Shown one piece after another: positions 12,533-23,380 of a DNA stretch of 64,000 nucleotides. The stretch is taken from assembly GCA_025594325.1 (NCBI GenBank), contig JANHCV010000011.1:868001-932000 (forward strand), in the 5' to 3' direction. Source of the stretch: Blastocladiella emersonii ATCC 22665. Lineage: Eukaryota; Fungi; Blastocladiomycota. Within the stretch, counting starts at the first letter, position 1; each line of letters starts with the position of its first letter. Position numbers and translations under genes: made by a program. The notes beneath the pieces were generated by a model. That model searched no databases, was not told the origin of the DNA, and saw only the letters and a list, made by a program, of their open reading frames with translations.

Positions 12533-12802
12533 CGCAGAGATTTGATTGTATGAATCCCATTTTTTCTTTTAAATGATCCGAGCGGGCCGTCGGCATGAGG
12601 AGTGCAGCGCGTTGAGAGAAGGGAACGACGCGTTGGGATATCATGTGACGGGCGCGAGACAATATTTGCGGAAGAGTGACTCCCGATCAGGCGGCGCATC
12701 GAGTCGGGCAAGGCGGCCGATTCTCCTCTTGCTCTCAGTCCCTCCACTAGCCCATGTATCTGATGAAGTAAAACTTGCTGCAATTGATTCCGGATTACCA
12801 AC

Positions 12803-15800
12803 ATGACTGCTGGACCTGCGCCGCCGCGCCGAACTTCGGCTCGGCTGCAGGCCAAGGCTGCCGCGCCGCTCGAGTCCAGCGTCGATCCTGTTGCCGAGCA
12901 TGAATCGGCTTCTCCTGCTTCTCCGGCCACTGCTGCTCTTTCTCCGGCCGAACTTGCGCCTTCTCGCAAGCGTCCTCGTGTGGCGCGCCGCGACCCTGTG
13001 CCGGCGGAACCCGCTGCCGAGGTGGTTTCTCTGCTTTCCGACGACGAACCCGCGATCGACGATGCCAAACCCGTTGCTTCCGCTCCTCCTCGCTCAAAGC
13101 GTCCCCGTGTGACGCGCCGCAAGGCCGCTCAACCCGACGACGAGAGCGACGCGTTTGAGCCCATGAGCGAGGACGACGACGAGCCGCTCGTTGTCGAGGC
13201 GCCGGCCCCGCGCGCCGTCAAACGTGGTCGAGCGGCACCCAAGGTTACCAATCCCGCTGCACCGGTTCCGCAGGCGCCCGCCGCCGTCGCTACGGGCTCG
13301 ATCGATGCTCCCGCTCCCGCCATCTTCACCACCTCGCAATCGCCCGAGTACCACGCGGCTCGCCTGCACGCCGAACGTGTCGCCTGCGGTTGGTGGATCC
13401 CGTTCGACGCTGCGCAGTGCCTCGACTCGCGCGGCGAGCGGCTCAAGGAGACGCCCGACGGCCTCGCCCCCGAGGCCGACGTCGCCGCCTGGATCAACAA
13501 CCCGACCACGCAGTTTGGTCAGCCAGGTACGCACACATCACGGCCGACTGAACGAGATGAGCGAACTGACCCGATTTCTCTTCTAACAGACCTGTTCCTC
13601 GGCTCGGACACCGTCGTGCTTGCCCATCGGCTCCCAATGCCCGAGGATTGCTTTGACGAGCAGCACGCTTGGCTCGACCCTGCCTGCCCCGTGATCGCCG
13701 AGGTCACTGCGCACCGCGAGGCCATCTTCCGCCTCGAACGTGGTCACTACGAGGGCAACAATCCGAATCGCGAGGTCGAACCACGCGCGGTCGAATGCGT
13801 CAACTACCGGGCCGTTGTGAACCCCGAGCGGTACGACCCGTCGCGCAAGTACTCGCTCAATGACTTCATGTCCAATATCGAGGAAGATCCGTTCTTCACC
13901 CACCGTCACCGCCAAAAGTGGAGCATCCTGAAAAATTCGGGCCGCATCGTTGCGATGAACGTCTTCACGCTTGCTGGTACCCCCAGCTTCTCGGTCCGGG
14001 ATCGTGGGCCGACGGTTGGATTCAGCAGACTTCCGCCCGGCTCGCTCAACTTCAAGGCCCCGTGGGCTCGCACGGCGGGCGCGCTCTCATGCCAGCCGGT
14101 CGCGAGCTTCCGCCGCGACCTTTCGTCGATCTCGACCCGAGCATGCTCCCGTACATCCGACTCGTGCTGCGTCCGGTCTGCGGCGAGCGGTACCCCAACT
14201 CGGGCTCGCAGTTCAAGTACCAGCTCGGCGTGTACCTGCGCGCTGATAAGGCGAACCGCGACCTGTGTGACCCCGCTCGGCGCTCGGCGACGCGCGCCGT
14301 CCTCCGCAAGCTGTTCCGCATCTACCACCCGACCATGACCAGAGACAAGGACGCCGAGCTGCTTCCCGTTCCGCTCGTCGGCGACGGAACCCCGTCGTCG
14401 CCGGAACTTTTGGACTGGCTCGCCGAGCTCGAGACGAGCAAGGCAGCTCGCACGCTTTCCTTCGCGTCTTCACGCGCTCGCTCGGAGCCGTACTTCCGCC
14501 TTGGCCCCGGCGGCATGGTGTTCAACTATCTCACGGGCGAGTTTGCCTCGACGTGCCCGCCGTCGTGGCTGCTTCCGCTTCCCGAGTTGGAACACCTCGA
14601 GGTCCGTGCCGCACTCGTTCGCGGGCCGAGCGACACGCCCGACCTGCTTGCAACCCTTTTCGCGTCTGCGGCGCCAGACGTTTCGGCCGTCCAAGCAGAA
14701 CTAGGCGATGATGCCGCTGCTCTCGTCCCCTCTCGTGCAACGCTCGTCCTTCTTCCGTCGGGATCCGTCGTTGACAAGTGGTACATGATGGCGCAGCGCG
14801 ACCTTGAACCTACGCCGCGCATTGTGCGGCTGCGGAACGCGGATGACCATTCCGCCGTGACATGGCAGGAAGTCGCCGACGCCGACGTTGTGCTCGCCAG
14901 TGTGAGCTTCCTTGTCGAACGGTATCGCTACGCGGTCGTGAGCGAGATTGGCGGACGGGACGGGTTCTCGTTGTTGCCTTCGCGGGTCCCTCACCTACAT
15001 GTGGGCCTAACAGAAGATGCGTCTTGGTCTGCAGTGCGCGAGTTCGAGTCGATGCTCAAGAATCTTACCCGTAGCATCGTCGAGGACGGGCTTCTTGCTG
15101 GCGCAAAGCACGAGTCCATTGACCATAAGGGCAACGTGGGCCGCCCGATTCTCGAGGGCTTCGTCTACCGCCGCATCGTGGTCGCGATGCGGCAGTACGA
15201 CTACAACTCCTCCTTCCTCGCCGAATACTGCCAGGGCCTTCGCGCCGGACTCATGATCGGTTTCTACGACGAGTCTCAGCCGATTTCGACCGACGTCTTG
15301 CACAAGCGGCTTCGCCCCGTCATCAATTGCCACCTACCTCGCGACGTTCATGTCGCCAAGCTGTTCGTCGACCAGTTCGCCCGCCAGCTTCCTCCGACGA
15401 TCGTTTGGCACAGCGTCCAGCTCATACGCAGTCTTCCCGCGCTTGCTGACGCTCCTTCCGAGATCACTGGCCATCAACTCGCTTCGCGCCAGTCGCCGCT
15501 GCTTTCGCCCACCGTTTCACGGCTCGGCGCTATGTTTTGCGGTCGTGTCGAGCCCGGTGAGCACACAGTGGCCGATCTTGTAGAGCACGCGGCGGCCGAG
15601 CTTCGTCAATACGTGCCGCCAAAGGACGTTTCGTGGCCCTTGTCGCTTGGCCTTACCCGCGACGACCTCCACACGCCCCCGCCTCCTCCGGCGCCCCCGG
15701 CGCTGCCCCAGCGGCCGCACGGCTCCCATCACTGGTCGAAGAAACAGCGGAGGCGGTGGTACCGCGATAACTTGTACCGCGCCTATTACACCCTTTCGAC

Positions 15801-16431
15801 TCCGCTCCCGCCGCCCGGGCCCAGCGTGCCCTTCTTCGCGCTCGTCCAGCTACTCGTCGAGGCGCGCGCCGCGCTCGCTGCCGGCGTGACCTCGGTCCAG
15901 GTGCCGGGCCCGGCTTCGGAGGAGCTTGCTGACTACGGCGTCAAGATCGAGGCCATCGCGAAGCTCTTGCAGACCGATCGTGGTGCTCGTCGTCCCGCGG
16001 TGATCTGGTGCCAGTCGCCCACGCTCGCGGCACTGATCGCGCGCGCCATCGCCAAGACGACCGACTTGAACGTCATTGACGCGGCCTCGCCCAACATGGC
16101 GCTCGCGAACCGCGCCTTCACCGAGTTCGACCAGGCCTCGCAGCAGGCACTTCTACAGGCTGACGCCATCGTCCTCTCGCTCAACTCGCAGGACGGGTCC
16201 GTGCTCAAGGCGCCCATCTTCCCGGCGCGGCTCAAGGAGATCGAGCAGATGATCTTCGTCCACCCGATTGTTGGCGAGGACGAGGCCGAGACGCTCAAGC
16301 TCGTCGACCGCGCGGTCCGCATCTCGAACCTCTCCGATCTCAAGTACCGCTGGCTCGTGGCCAAGGACACGGTCGAGGCGCAGCTCATGCAGCCGATCAT
16401 GGCCAAGTACGGTTTTACGGCCGCCGAGTAG
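12803..16431 (+). pseudogene. Tandem copy 3 of the SNF2-like gene; intron 13527-13589; single 1-nt deletion frameshift near 14084-14088
   Basis: Paralogs read WAR(T/A)xGxLLMPAG (ctg ctc atg); this copy has gcg ct ctc atg, switching homology from ORF 12803-14338 to ORF 13918-16431. Confidence 0.75.
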
Positions 16432-16513
16432 CCAGCTGATCACGGCCAAGTACGGGTTCGCGCAGGTCGAGTCGCCGATCGTGGTCAAGTCCGGTTTCGC
16501 GCGGACCGAGTAG
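16393..16513 (+). repeat. Three imperfect ~40-nt tandem repeats of the last codons of copy 3
   Basis: ccgatcatggccaagtacggttttacggccgccgagtag / ctgatcacggccaagtacgggttcgcgcaggtcgagtcg / ccgatcgtggtcaagtccggtttcgcgcggaccgagtag. Confidence 0.8.
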
Positions 16514-16702
16514 TGTTTCTTCCTGTTTTTATTTGTCAATGTATCGATTTGTTTGTTTCATTCACTTCCCGGGGTGCTTCTCGAGTCTGCCGGCCGAGTT
16601 GCCGCGTGGACGCGTCGCAATATCACGTTTCTGCCCCGCCCCGCAAGACATTTGAGAGACATGTGATAAATCTCGTGTATTAACCAAAACCGTTCCAATC
16701 AC

Positions 16703-19700
16703 CTACTCCCGCGCATCCACGTCCATGGCGTCCTCGTCCTCCTCGTCCTCATCGTCGTCGCTCTCGTCCTCGCCCGGCGCGACCTTGACTGCGAACTCGA
16801 ACTCCTGGTCGCAGCCGAGGTACGAGTCGCACATGAGGTACATGGTGAGCTTGTGGCTGCCCTCGCGCGGGACGACGAAGTCGACGCGGGTGCGGAGCTC
16901 GCGGGGCACCGTGACGCGCTTGATGCCGTACAGGGCGCGCTTGGCGACGTCGCCGATGACGAGCCACCAGTTCTCCTGCTTCTCGCCGGGGAACTGGGGC
17001 GCGACGACGGGCGCCTGGCCGAGCGTGTCGTCGTCCTCGTCGCCGTCGCGGCGGATCGTGACGACGACGGGCGCGGGCGCGTTGGCGACCACCTCGTCGT
17101 CCTCATCCTGGCCGGTCGGCGCGTCGAACTCGACCTCGAGCCCCGGGTACGCGTTGACGAACTCGATGATCTGCTTGGTCTGCGGCGGGGTGTACGCCGA
17201 GAACAGGTCCGTCTGCGCGTCCTCGTCGAGGTCCATGAGGTCAAACACGGACTCGACGCCCGCGTCGCGGAACCGCGGGAGCGCGGCGCGCGCCACGTTG
17301 GGCAGCTGGAGCAGCGCCGAGTCCTTGTCCCACAGACCCTGCACGCACATCTGGCACAGCTCCATGGCGGCGAGCGCGACGGGGAGCCAGCCCTGGCTCG
17401 CGATCACGTCGACGGCCGCGTACAGGAGCGGGACCGCGAGCGCGAGGATGGCGCGGAGGTCGGCGGCGAGGTCGCGCGGTAGGGCGACGCGCGCGAAGTG
17501 CGCCTGCAGGAGGATGTGCGTTTTGACGTGCGGGTCGTTGAAGTCGGCGTCCTCGCCGAGCTTGCACGTGCACGCGCGCTCGTACAGGGTGCGCAGGCGC
17601 GCGTAGTCGGCCTTGCGGATCGGGACGCGGACGCCGTCGCCAAACTCGACTGCATGCGAGAGCACGTCGAGGAGGCCGCGCAGCTTGGTGCCCTCGGTGA
17701 TGGACAGCGCGAACATGTCGACCGACTCGGTGGACACGGCGTAGTACGCCGCGATCATGCCGAGGTTGAGCGGGACGAGGTCGTCGTCCATGTCGCCCTC
17801 GACGGCGATGCACTTGGACTTGGCGAGGTCGCCCGCCGCGCCCTCGACGAGGTCCGACAGGAACGCCGACAGGTCCTCCTCGGTGACGCCCGTGAGCCCG
17901 TAGTAGTTGGGGTTGAGCGTCATGCGGCGGTACATGAACGTCCAGGTCAGGTAGTCGACGGCCTCCTGCTTGTTCTCGACCGTCTTGGTCACGACCTCGG
18001 TGTTGAGGTGGTCGAGGAACGAGTGCTGGTCGAGCAGCGACTCGACGACGAGCGGCTCGTTGAGGTACCGCTTGTAGTACTCCTTCTTGGTCGTGGTCGT
18101 CATGAGGTGGGCGCGCGTGGTGCCGCGGCCGAGCATGTGCAGCACGTCCGCGACCGGGTAGTCGATGTGCATGTGCGACATGCCGTCGTAGTACGACGTC
18201 CCGAGCACGATGACGTGGCAGCACTGCAGCTGCTCGAGGTGCCACGCGGCCGCGCGTGTCGCGAGCAGAACCTGGATCGACCCCGAGTTGAACAGCGTGT
18301 GCATGATCTCGAGCTCGCGCGCCGTCATGAACTCGTCGACCCACCCAACGCCGTAGTTCTCGAGCGACTCGCGCAGGTCCTTGTCGGCGAGCCCCGCCAC
18401 GAGCTTCTGGAACGCCTGCGAGTCGGCGCTGACCTGGAGCCACGACTGCTCGGGCGCGAGCCAGCTGGCGAGCTCGGCGGCCACGGTCGCGCACGACTCC
18501 TGGTCCGCGACAAACACCATGGCCTGCTGGCCGCGCTCGAGGAGCGCGAGCTGCGTGTAGGTCGGCTTGATCATGGCGAGGACGAGCGACGCGGGGTCGT
18601 TGGTGGACTGCGCCTGGATCGTGATGGGCAGCGGCTGCGGGCGGGTGCTGGGCGCAAAGTTGTAGACGTGGGCGGGCGCGCACCCGATCCAGTCGGCGAG
18701 GTCCTTGGCGTTGGCGATGGACGCGCCGAACCCGACCATGCGGATGCGCGGCTGGCCGTCGGCCTCGCGCTGGCCCGAGATGAACCGCATGCGGCTGCAC
18801 GCGATCTCGACCGTGACGGAGACGGCGGGGTCGGTCATGAGGTGCAGCTCGTCGGCGACGAACAGCCACACGTTGTACACGTTCTTGCGCTGGCGCCACC
18901 GGCGCGACATGGCGTCCCAGTGCTCGGCGGTGGCGATGATGATGTCGCCGTGCTCGAGGAGCTGCATGTCGCGCGTCGTCTGGCCCGTGAGCAGCACCAC
19001 GTTGTGGTCCTCGAACTTGGCCGACCACTGGCGGAACCGGATCTTGGCGATCGACTCGTACGGCGCCATGTACACGATGCGCTGGTGCGACTGCCGGTCC
19101 GCGTGGTACAGCGCGCGCAGCACCGCCCACTCGGCGCAGTACGTCTTGCCCGACCCGGGCGGCGCGCACACGAGCGCGTTCTCGTCGGTCATGTACAGCG
19201 AGTGGAACACCTGCGTCTGGATCGAGTTGAAGAAGTCGACGGGGAACAGCGCCGCGTGCTTGCCGAGCGTGGACACGGGCAGGGGCTGCAGGTCGAGTAC
19301 CTCGGTCGGCGGCGCGAACTTGGCGGGCAGCAGCAGGTTGCGGAACGAGAGCGCCATGCGCGTCTCGGAGTGGAGCCACGAGTCGCTGACGACGCTGATG
19401 AAGTAGTTGGGCGCGAGCGGCTCGAACAGCGGCACCGTGAACGAGAGCGTGTGGTCGTCGGTCGCGTAGCGGGCGCGCAGCACAAAGTACTCGTGGTACA
19501 GGAGCTGCTCGTCGTCCACGTCGCTGACCCAGACCCAGAAGCCCTGGGCGCGGCCGTGCACCTTGTCGTCCCACTGGAAGTCGGGCGACAGCGTGAGGTC
19601 GATCTTGATGAGGCTGCGGCTGACGGGGACGACCTGGGTGCCGACCTCGATGCGCGGGACCTGGTGCACGTAGCGGTGGATGGTGCGGCCGAACCGGGTC

Positions 19701-22700
19701 GCGCCGACGTGCTCGCCGAGCTCCTCGGGCGTGAGGTCGAGGTACCGCTCGAAGCTGAGGTCCTTGCGCTCGATGCGCTTGATGATCTCGGCGGGCATGT
19801 TGCGGAACTGGCGGAGCGGCGTCATGCTGGACCACTGGCGGCGCTCGACCATCTTGCACGCGTCGAGGCACACGCGCGCGAGCTGCGCCCACCCGCGGCG
19901 CATGGCCATCTCGAACAGGGCGCGGAACAGGCGCTGCGCCGACTGCGTCACGTACACCATGTCGGCCATGAGCGAGAACCCGTCGAGCTGCAGCTGGCTG
20001 ATGTGCGCCTGCAGGAGCACGTTGATCTTGGCCGTGGGCTCGTCGGGGTTCTCCTTGAGCGGGATCGGCACGCGCTCGCTGAGCTTCTGCACCTCCATCT
20101 TCTCCTCCTCGCGCACGGGGATGTACTTGAACTCGGAGCTGAGCGCGAACACGCGGAACAGGTCGATGAGCGTCGACTGCGGCCGCAGCTGCTGGTGGTA
20201 CAGCGCCATGGACGGGAACGCAATGTAGTAGTGCGCCGCGATCCGCCCGAGCTCGGTGCTGGCCACCTTGCCCGTGCGCCGGTCGTACTTGACCATGAAG
20301 TTCTTCTCGAGCAGCGCGAGCGCCGAGTGCACCATGTCGGTGCGCCGCTGGAGCAGCGACGGGTCGGCCTCGACCTCGCCGATCGGGATCCCGTAGATGC
20401 CCGGCGCGCGGCGCATGCGCACGTGCAGGTACGTGTACGACATCCACTCGACGGCCTCCTGGCGCGACGCAATGGACCCGAGGACGAGCTCGCCGTTGAG
20501 CGTGTCGGCGAGGCGCGACACGAGCTGCGACTCGATGGGCAGCTGGGTGTTGAGCAGCGACAGGTAGAACTGGAGCTCCGTGTGCGTGGTGACGATGATG
20601 CCCTCGCCGAACGTGTCGTACTGCGGGCGGCCGGCGCGCCCGAGCATCTGCAGCACGTCCTGCGGGCTGAGCTCGACCCACTTGCCCTTTTCGGGGTTGT
20701 AGACCTGGGTGCCCTTGATGATGACCGTGTGCGCGGGCAGGTTGACGCCCCACGCGAGCGTGGCCGTCGAGCACAGCACCTGCACGTGGCCGTCGGCGAA
20801 CAGCTCCTCGACGAGCGTGCGGTCCGCGCGCGACATGCCGGCGTGGTGGATGGCGATGCCGTAGGGGAGCACCTCCTTGAGGTCCTTGTCGGTGGCCGTC
20901 TCGGCCTCGGTCTTGAGCACCTCGCGGCTCAGCTCCTTGGCGATCATGGACCCGATGGTGCCCTGCTCGATGGCCATGTCGCGCAGCATCTTGGCCGTCT
21001 TGGCTGTGTCCTTGCGCGAGTGGACGAAGACGAGCACCTGGTTCTTGCCCATCTCCTCGGCGACCTTCTCGTAGGTGACCTGGTTCATGACCTGGAACCG
21101 CTTGAGCGCCTTCTTCTCGGTGATGCCAATGTACTGCTGCTGGAGCGGGCACGGGCGGTAGCTCGAGTCGAAGAAGTAGAGCCCGGACGCCTTGACGCGC
21201 ATGAACGAGGCCACGTCGTGGTAGTTGGGCAGCGTGGCACTGAGCCCGACGAGCCGGACGTGGTCGCGCGTCGCCTCGATGTGGCGCAGCGTGCGCGCGA
21301 CGATCGCCTCGATGACGGGCCCGCGGTCGTCGTGCAGCAGGTGCACCTCGTCGATGATGATGAGCCGCACGAGCGCCGTGTACGAGCGGTCGGTGCCCTT
21401 GCGCGTGATCACGTCCCACTTCTCGGGCGTCGTGACGATCATCTGCGTGTCCTGGAGCTGCTGCTTGTTCATCTGCGCGTCGCCCGTGAGCTCGCCGACC
21501 TTGATGCCGAACGGCGCGAGCCGGTTGCCGAAGTTACCGACCATCTCCTGGACGAGCGCCTTCATGGGCGCGACGTAGACGATCTTGAACGCGTCGAGGT
21601 TGATGCGGCCCGTCTTCTCGTCGAGGTAGTGCTTGATGAGCCCGAGCACCGTGAGCATGGCCGAGTTGGTCTTGCCGGCGCCCGTGGGCGCGCAGATGAG
21701 CATGTTCTCGTCCTGCTCGAAAGCGGTGCGGTACAGCTGCGACTGGACGCGGTTGAGCGACTTGGTGTTGGGGAACGCGGCCTGGGCCCACTCGGGGAGG
21801 TCGGCGATCGGGACCAGCTTCTCGTCGGCGCCCATGGGCGGCGCCGTCGGCGCGGGCACGTGGATCTCCTCGTAGCCCTTCTTGGACCGCTTGAACGAGC
21901 CCTTGGGCAGCGCCACCTTCTTGTTGGTCATGGTGTGCGCGCCATGCGCGAACGCCATGGACTCGAGGTCGACGGTCGACTTGGGCGCGACGAGGTCGGC
22001 GGCAGCGGCAGCAGCGGGTGCGGACGCGTCGGCGGCAGCAGAGGCGCCGCGCTTCTTGCCGCGCTTGGCCGGCGCGCCGTCCACGTCCATGGGTGTTGGC
22101 CCGGCTCCCCGCGACGCGAGGCCGAGGTCGGCGAGCAGGCCGTCGAGACCCTCTTGCCGGATCTCGGCGAAGATGGCCTCGCGCTCCTTGTCGGAGGCGG
22201 CCTTCGCGAGGCGGGTGCAGTGGAAGATGGGGCGGGCGTTGGCGGTGAGGAGCTTGACGAGGTCAAAGTGCGAGTATTCGAAGAGGTCCATGAGGGCGTT
22301 CTCGGTCTCGCGGGCCGACGGCGACTCGGCAAGGATCTCGAAGGCGCGCGCGGTCTTGGCCTGGGCGACGTGCACGTCGCCGAGCGCGGCCGAGACCTTG
22401 CGCTGCAGCCACAGGGCGTCGACGTCGTGCGAGTTGAAGGCGAGCTGACGGCGCGACCGGTGGTCGTCGAGCACGACCTGCTCGGCGTCGTCGGGGATGA
22501 GGATGTCGGGGCCGGTCTCGGAGTCGGCCTGGTCGGCGGCCGCGGCACCCGCGCCGAGGGCCTGCGTGCCATCGACGTCGCGGTCGTCAGCGACCTCGAG
22601 GACCTCGAACGGGTCGGCCTCGTTCTCGCCCTCGAGGACGTCGGCCTCCATGTCCTCGTCGTCGTCGTCGTCCTCGAAGATGACGGCGACGCCGATCTGG

Positions 22701-23380
22701 TCGTCAACGCTGTCGCCGGCGGCAGGGGCCTCGGTGACCGAGTCGTAGTCGGTGAGCTTCTTGGCGAGGTTGAGCACGGACGAGAACTCCTCGTTGGAGA
22801 GCGGCACGTTGAGGATCTCCTCGGCCTCCTTTTTCTTTGCGCTGTCGCGCTGGTCGCCGCGCAGGACCTCGAGCAGCAGGTCGGTCGCGTCGCGCATGAT
22901 GTCGGCCGGCACGTCGCCGAGCTTGCCCGCGGTGAAGGACAGGATGAGCTCGTAGGTGGCGCGCGTCTCGACTGTCCGCGGGCGGTAGCGCGGGCCCTCG
23001 GAATCGTTGGTGGCCTCGAGGATGGACGTGAAGTCGGCACCGAGTCTACACGCCGGAGAGTATGTGAGCAGGGGTGTTGATTGAAGCGAGTGATCGAGAG
23101 CACCGTACTTAGTCTGCTCGGCAGCAACCTTCTTCTTGTCGCGGCGCGCGGCCGTCGACTTGTGCTCCTCCTTGAACTGGTCGAGCTGGGTGGTGTCGCG
23201 CTGGGCGCGCGAGCCCATGTCTTTCATGGTGATGCGGCCGGCGAGCGTGACGGGCTCGCCCGACGGCTCGTTGTCGCGGCGCGGCAGCTCGGACCGGTTG
23301 GTCGTGAGCACCAGGTTGTGGTTGGCCGCATACGAGTAGTCGGGCATCTGCCGGCGGCCTCCTCCCTCGCGGTCCGCCAT
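16703..23380 (-). CDS. BRR2: U5 snRNP 200-kDa helicase Brr2/SNRNP200 (about 2204 aa); exons 23109-23380 and 16703-23045
   Basis: N-terminal YSYAANHNLVL..EPSGEP, two Ski2-like helicase cassettes (APTGAGKT/DEVH and PPGSGKT/DELH), Sec63 units, C-terminal YLMCDSYLGCDQE. 63-nt intron 23046-23108. Confidence 0.98.
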   Translation of the reverse strand: MADREGGGRRQMPDYSYAANHNLVLTTNRSELPRRDNEPSGEPVTLAGRITMKDMGSRAQRDTTQLDQFKEEHKSTAARRDKKKVAAEQTKYGALDHSLQSTPLLTYSPACRLGADFTSILEATNDSEGPRYRPRTVETRATYELILSFTAGKLGDVPADIMRDATDLLLEVLRGDQRDSAKKKEAEEILNVPLSNEEFSSVLNLAKKLTDYDSVTEAPAAGDSVDDQIGVAVIFEDDDDDEDMEADVLEGENEADPFEVLEVADDRDVDGTQALGAGAAAADQADSETGPDILIPDDAEQVVLDDHRSRRQLAFNSHDVDALWLQRKVSAALGDVHVAQAKTARAFEILAESPSARETENALMDLFEYSHFDLVKLLTANARPIFHCTRLAKAASDKEREAIFAEIRQEGLDGLLADLGLASRGAGPTPMDVDGAPAKRGKKRGASAAADASAPAAAAAADLVAPKSTVDLESMAFAHGAHTMTNKKVALPKGSFKRSKKGYEEIHVPAPTAPPMGADEKLVPIADLPEWAQAAFPNTKSLNRVQSQLYRTAFEQDENMLICAPTGAGKTNSAMLTVLGLIKHYLDEKTGRINLDAFKIVYVAPMKALVQEMVGNFGNRLAPFGIKVGELTGDAQMNKQQLQDTQMIVTTPEKWDVITRKGTDRSYTALVRLIIIDEVHLLHDDRGPVIEAIVARTLRHIEATRDHVRLVGLSATLPNYHDVASFMRVKASGLYFFDSSYRPCPLQQQYIGITEKKALKRFQVMNQVTYEKVAEEMGKNQVLVFVHSRKDTAKTAKMLRDMAIEQGTIGSMIAKELSREVLKTEAETATDKDLKEVLPYGIAIHHAGMSRADRTLVEELFADGHVQVLCSTATLAWGVNLPAHTVIIKGTQVYNPEKGKWVELSPQDVLQMLGRAGRPQYDTFGEGIIVTTHTELQFYLSLLNTQLPIESQLVSRLADTLNGELVLGSIASRQEAVEWMSYTYLHVRMRRAPGIYGIPIGEVEADPSLLQRRTDMVHSALALLEKNFMVKYDRRTGKVASTELGRIAAHYYIAFPSMALYHQQLRPQSTLIDLFRVFALSSEFKYIPVREEEKMEVQKLSERVPIPLKENPDEPTAKINVLLQAHISQLQLDGFSLMADMVYVTQSAQRLFRALFEMAMRRGWAQLARVCLDACKMVERRQWSSMTPLRQFRNMPAEIIKRIERKDLSFERYLDLTPEELGEHVGATRFGRTIHRYVHQVPRIEVGTQVVPVSRSLIKIDLTLSPDFQWDDKVHGRAQGFWVWVSDVDDEQLLYHEYFVLRARYATDDHTLSFTVPLFEPLAPNYFISVVSDSWLHSETRMALSFRNLLLPAKFAPPTEVLDLQPLPVSTLGKHAALFPVDFFNSIQTQVFHSLYMTDENALVCAPPGSGKTYCAEWAVLRALYHADRQSHQRIVYMAPYESIAKIRFRQWSAKFEDHNVVLLTGQTTRDMQLLEHGDIIIATAEHWDAMSRRWRQRKNVYNVWLFVADELHLMTDPAVSVTVEIACSRMRFISGQREADGQPRIRMVGFGASIANAKDLADWIGCAPAHVYNFAPSTRPQPLPITIQAQSTNDPASLVLAMIKPTYTQLALLERGQQAMVFVADQESCATVAAELASWLAPEQSWLQVSADSQAFQKLVAGLADKDLRESLENYGVGWVDEFMTARELEIMHTLFNSGSIQVLLATRAAAWHLEQLQCCHVIVLGTSYYDGMSHMHIDYPVADVLHMLGRGTTRAHLMTTTTKKEYYKRYLNEPLVVESLLDQHSFLDHLNTEVVTKTVENKQEAVDYLTWTFMYRRMTLNPNYYGLTGVTEEDLSAFLSDLVEGAAGDLAKSKCIAVEGDMDDDLVPLNLGMIAAYYAVSTESVDMFALSITEGTKLRGLLDVLSHAVEFGDGVRVPIRKADYARLRTLYERACTCKLGEDADFNDPHVKTHILLQAHFARVALPRDLAADLRAILALAVPLLYAAVDVIASQGWLPVALAAMELCQMCVQGLWDKDSALLQLPNVARAALPRFRDAGVESVFDLMDLDEDAQTDLFSAYTPPQTKQIIEFVNAYPGLEVEFDAPTGQDEDDEVVANAPAPVVVTIRRDGDEDDDTLGQAPVVAPQFPGEKQENWWLVIGDVAKRALYGIKRVTVPRELRTRVDFVVPREGSHKLTMYLMCDSYLGCDQEFEFAVKVAPGEDESDDDEDEEDEDAMDVDARE

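Noticed and set aside
14075-14095. Programmed ribosomal frameshift in copy 3
   Set aside because: No slippery heptamer or obvious stimulatory structure; paralogs are continuous at this site.
17241-23080. Very long alternative-frame and antisense ORFs over BRR2 (1392 aa, 1860 aa) and similar shadows over other genes
   Set aside because: Expected artefact of extreme GC3 bias that removes stops from other frames; translations are low-complexity Arg/Ala/Gly or V/E/L patterns without family motifs.
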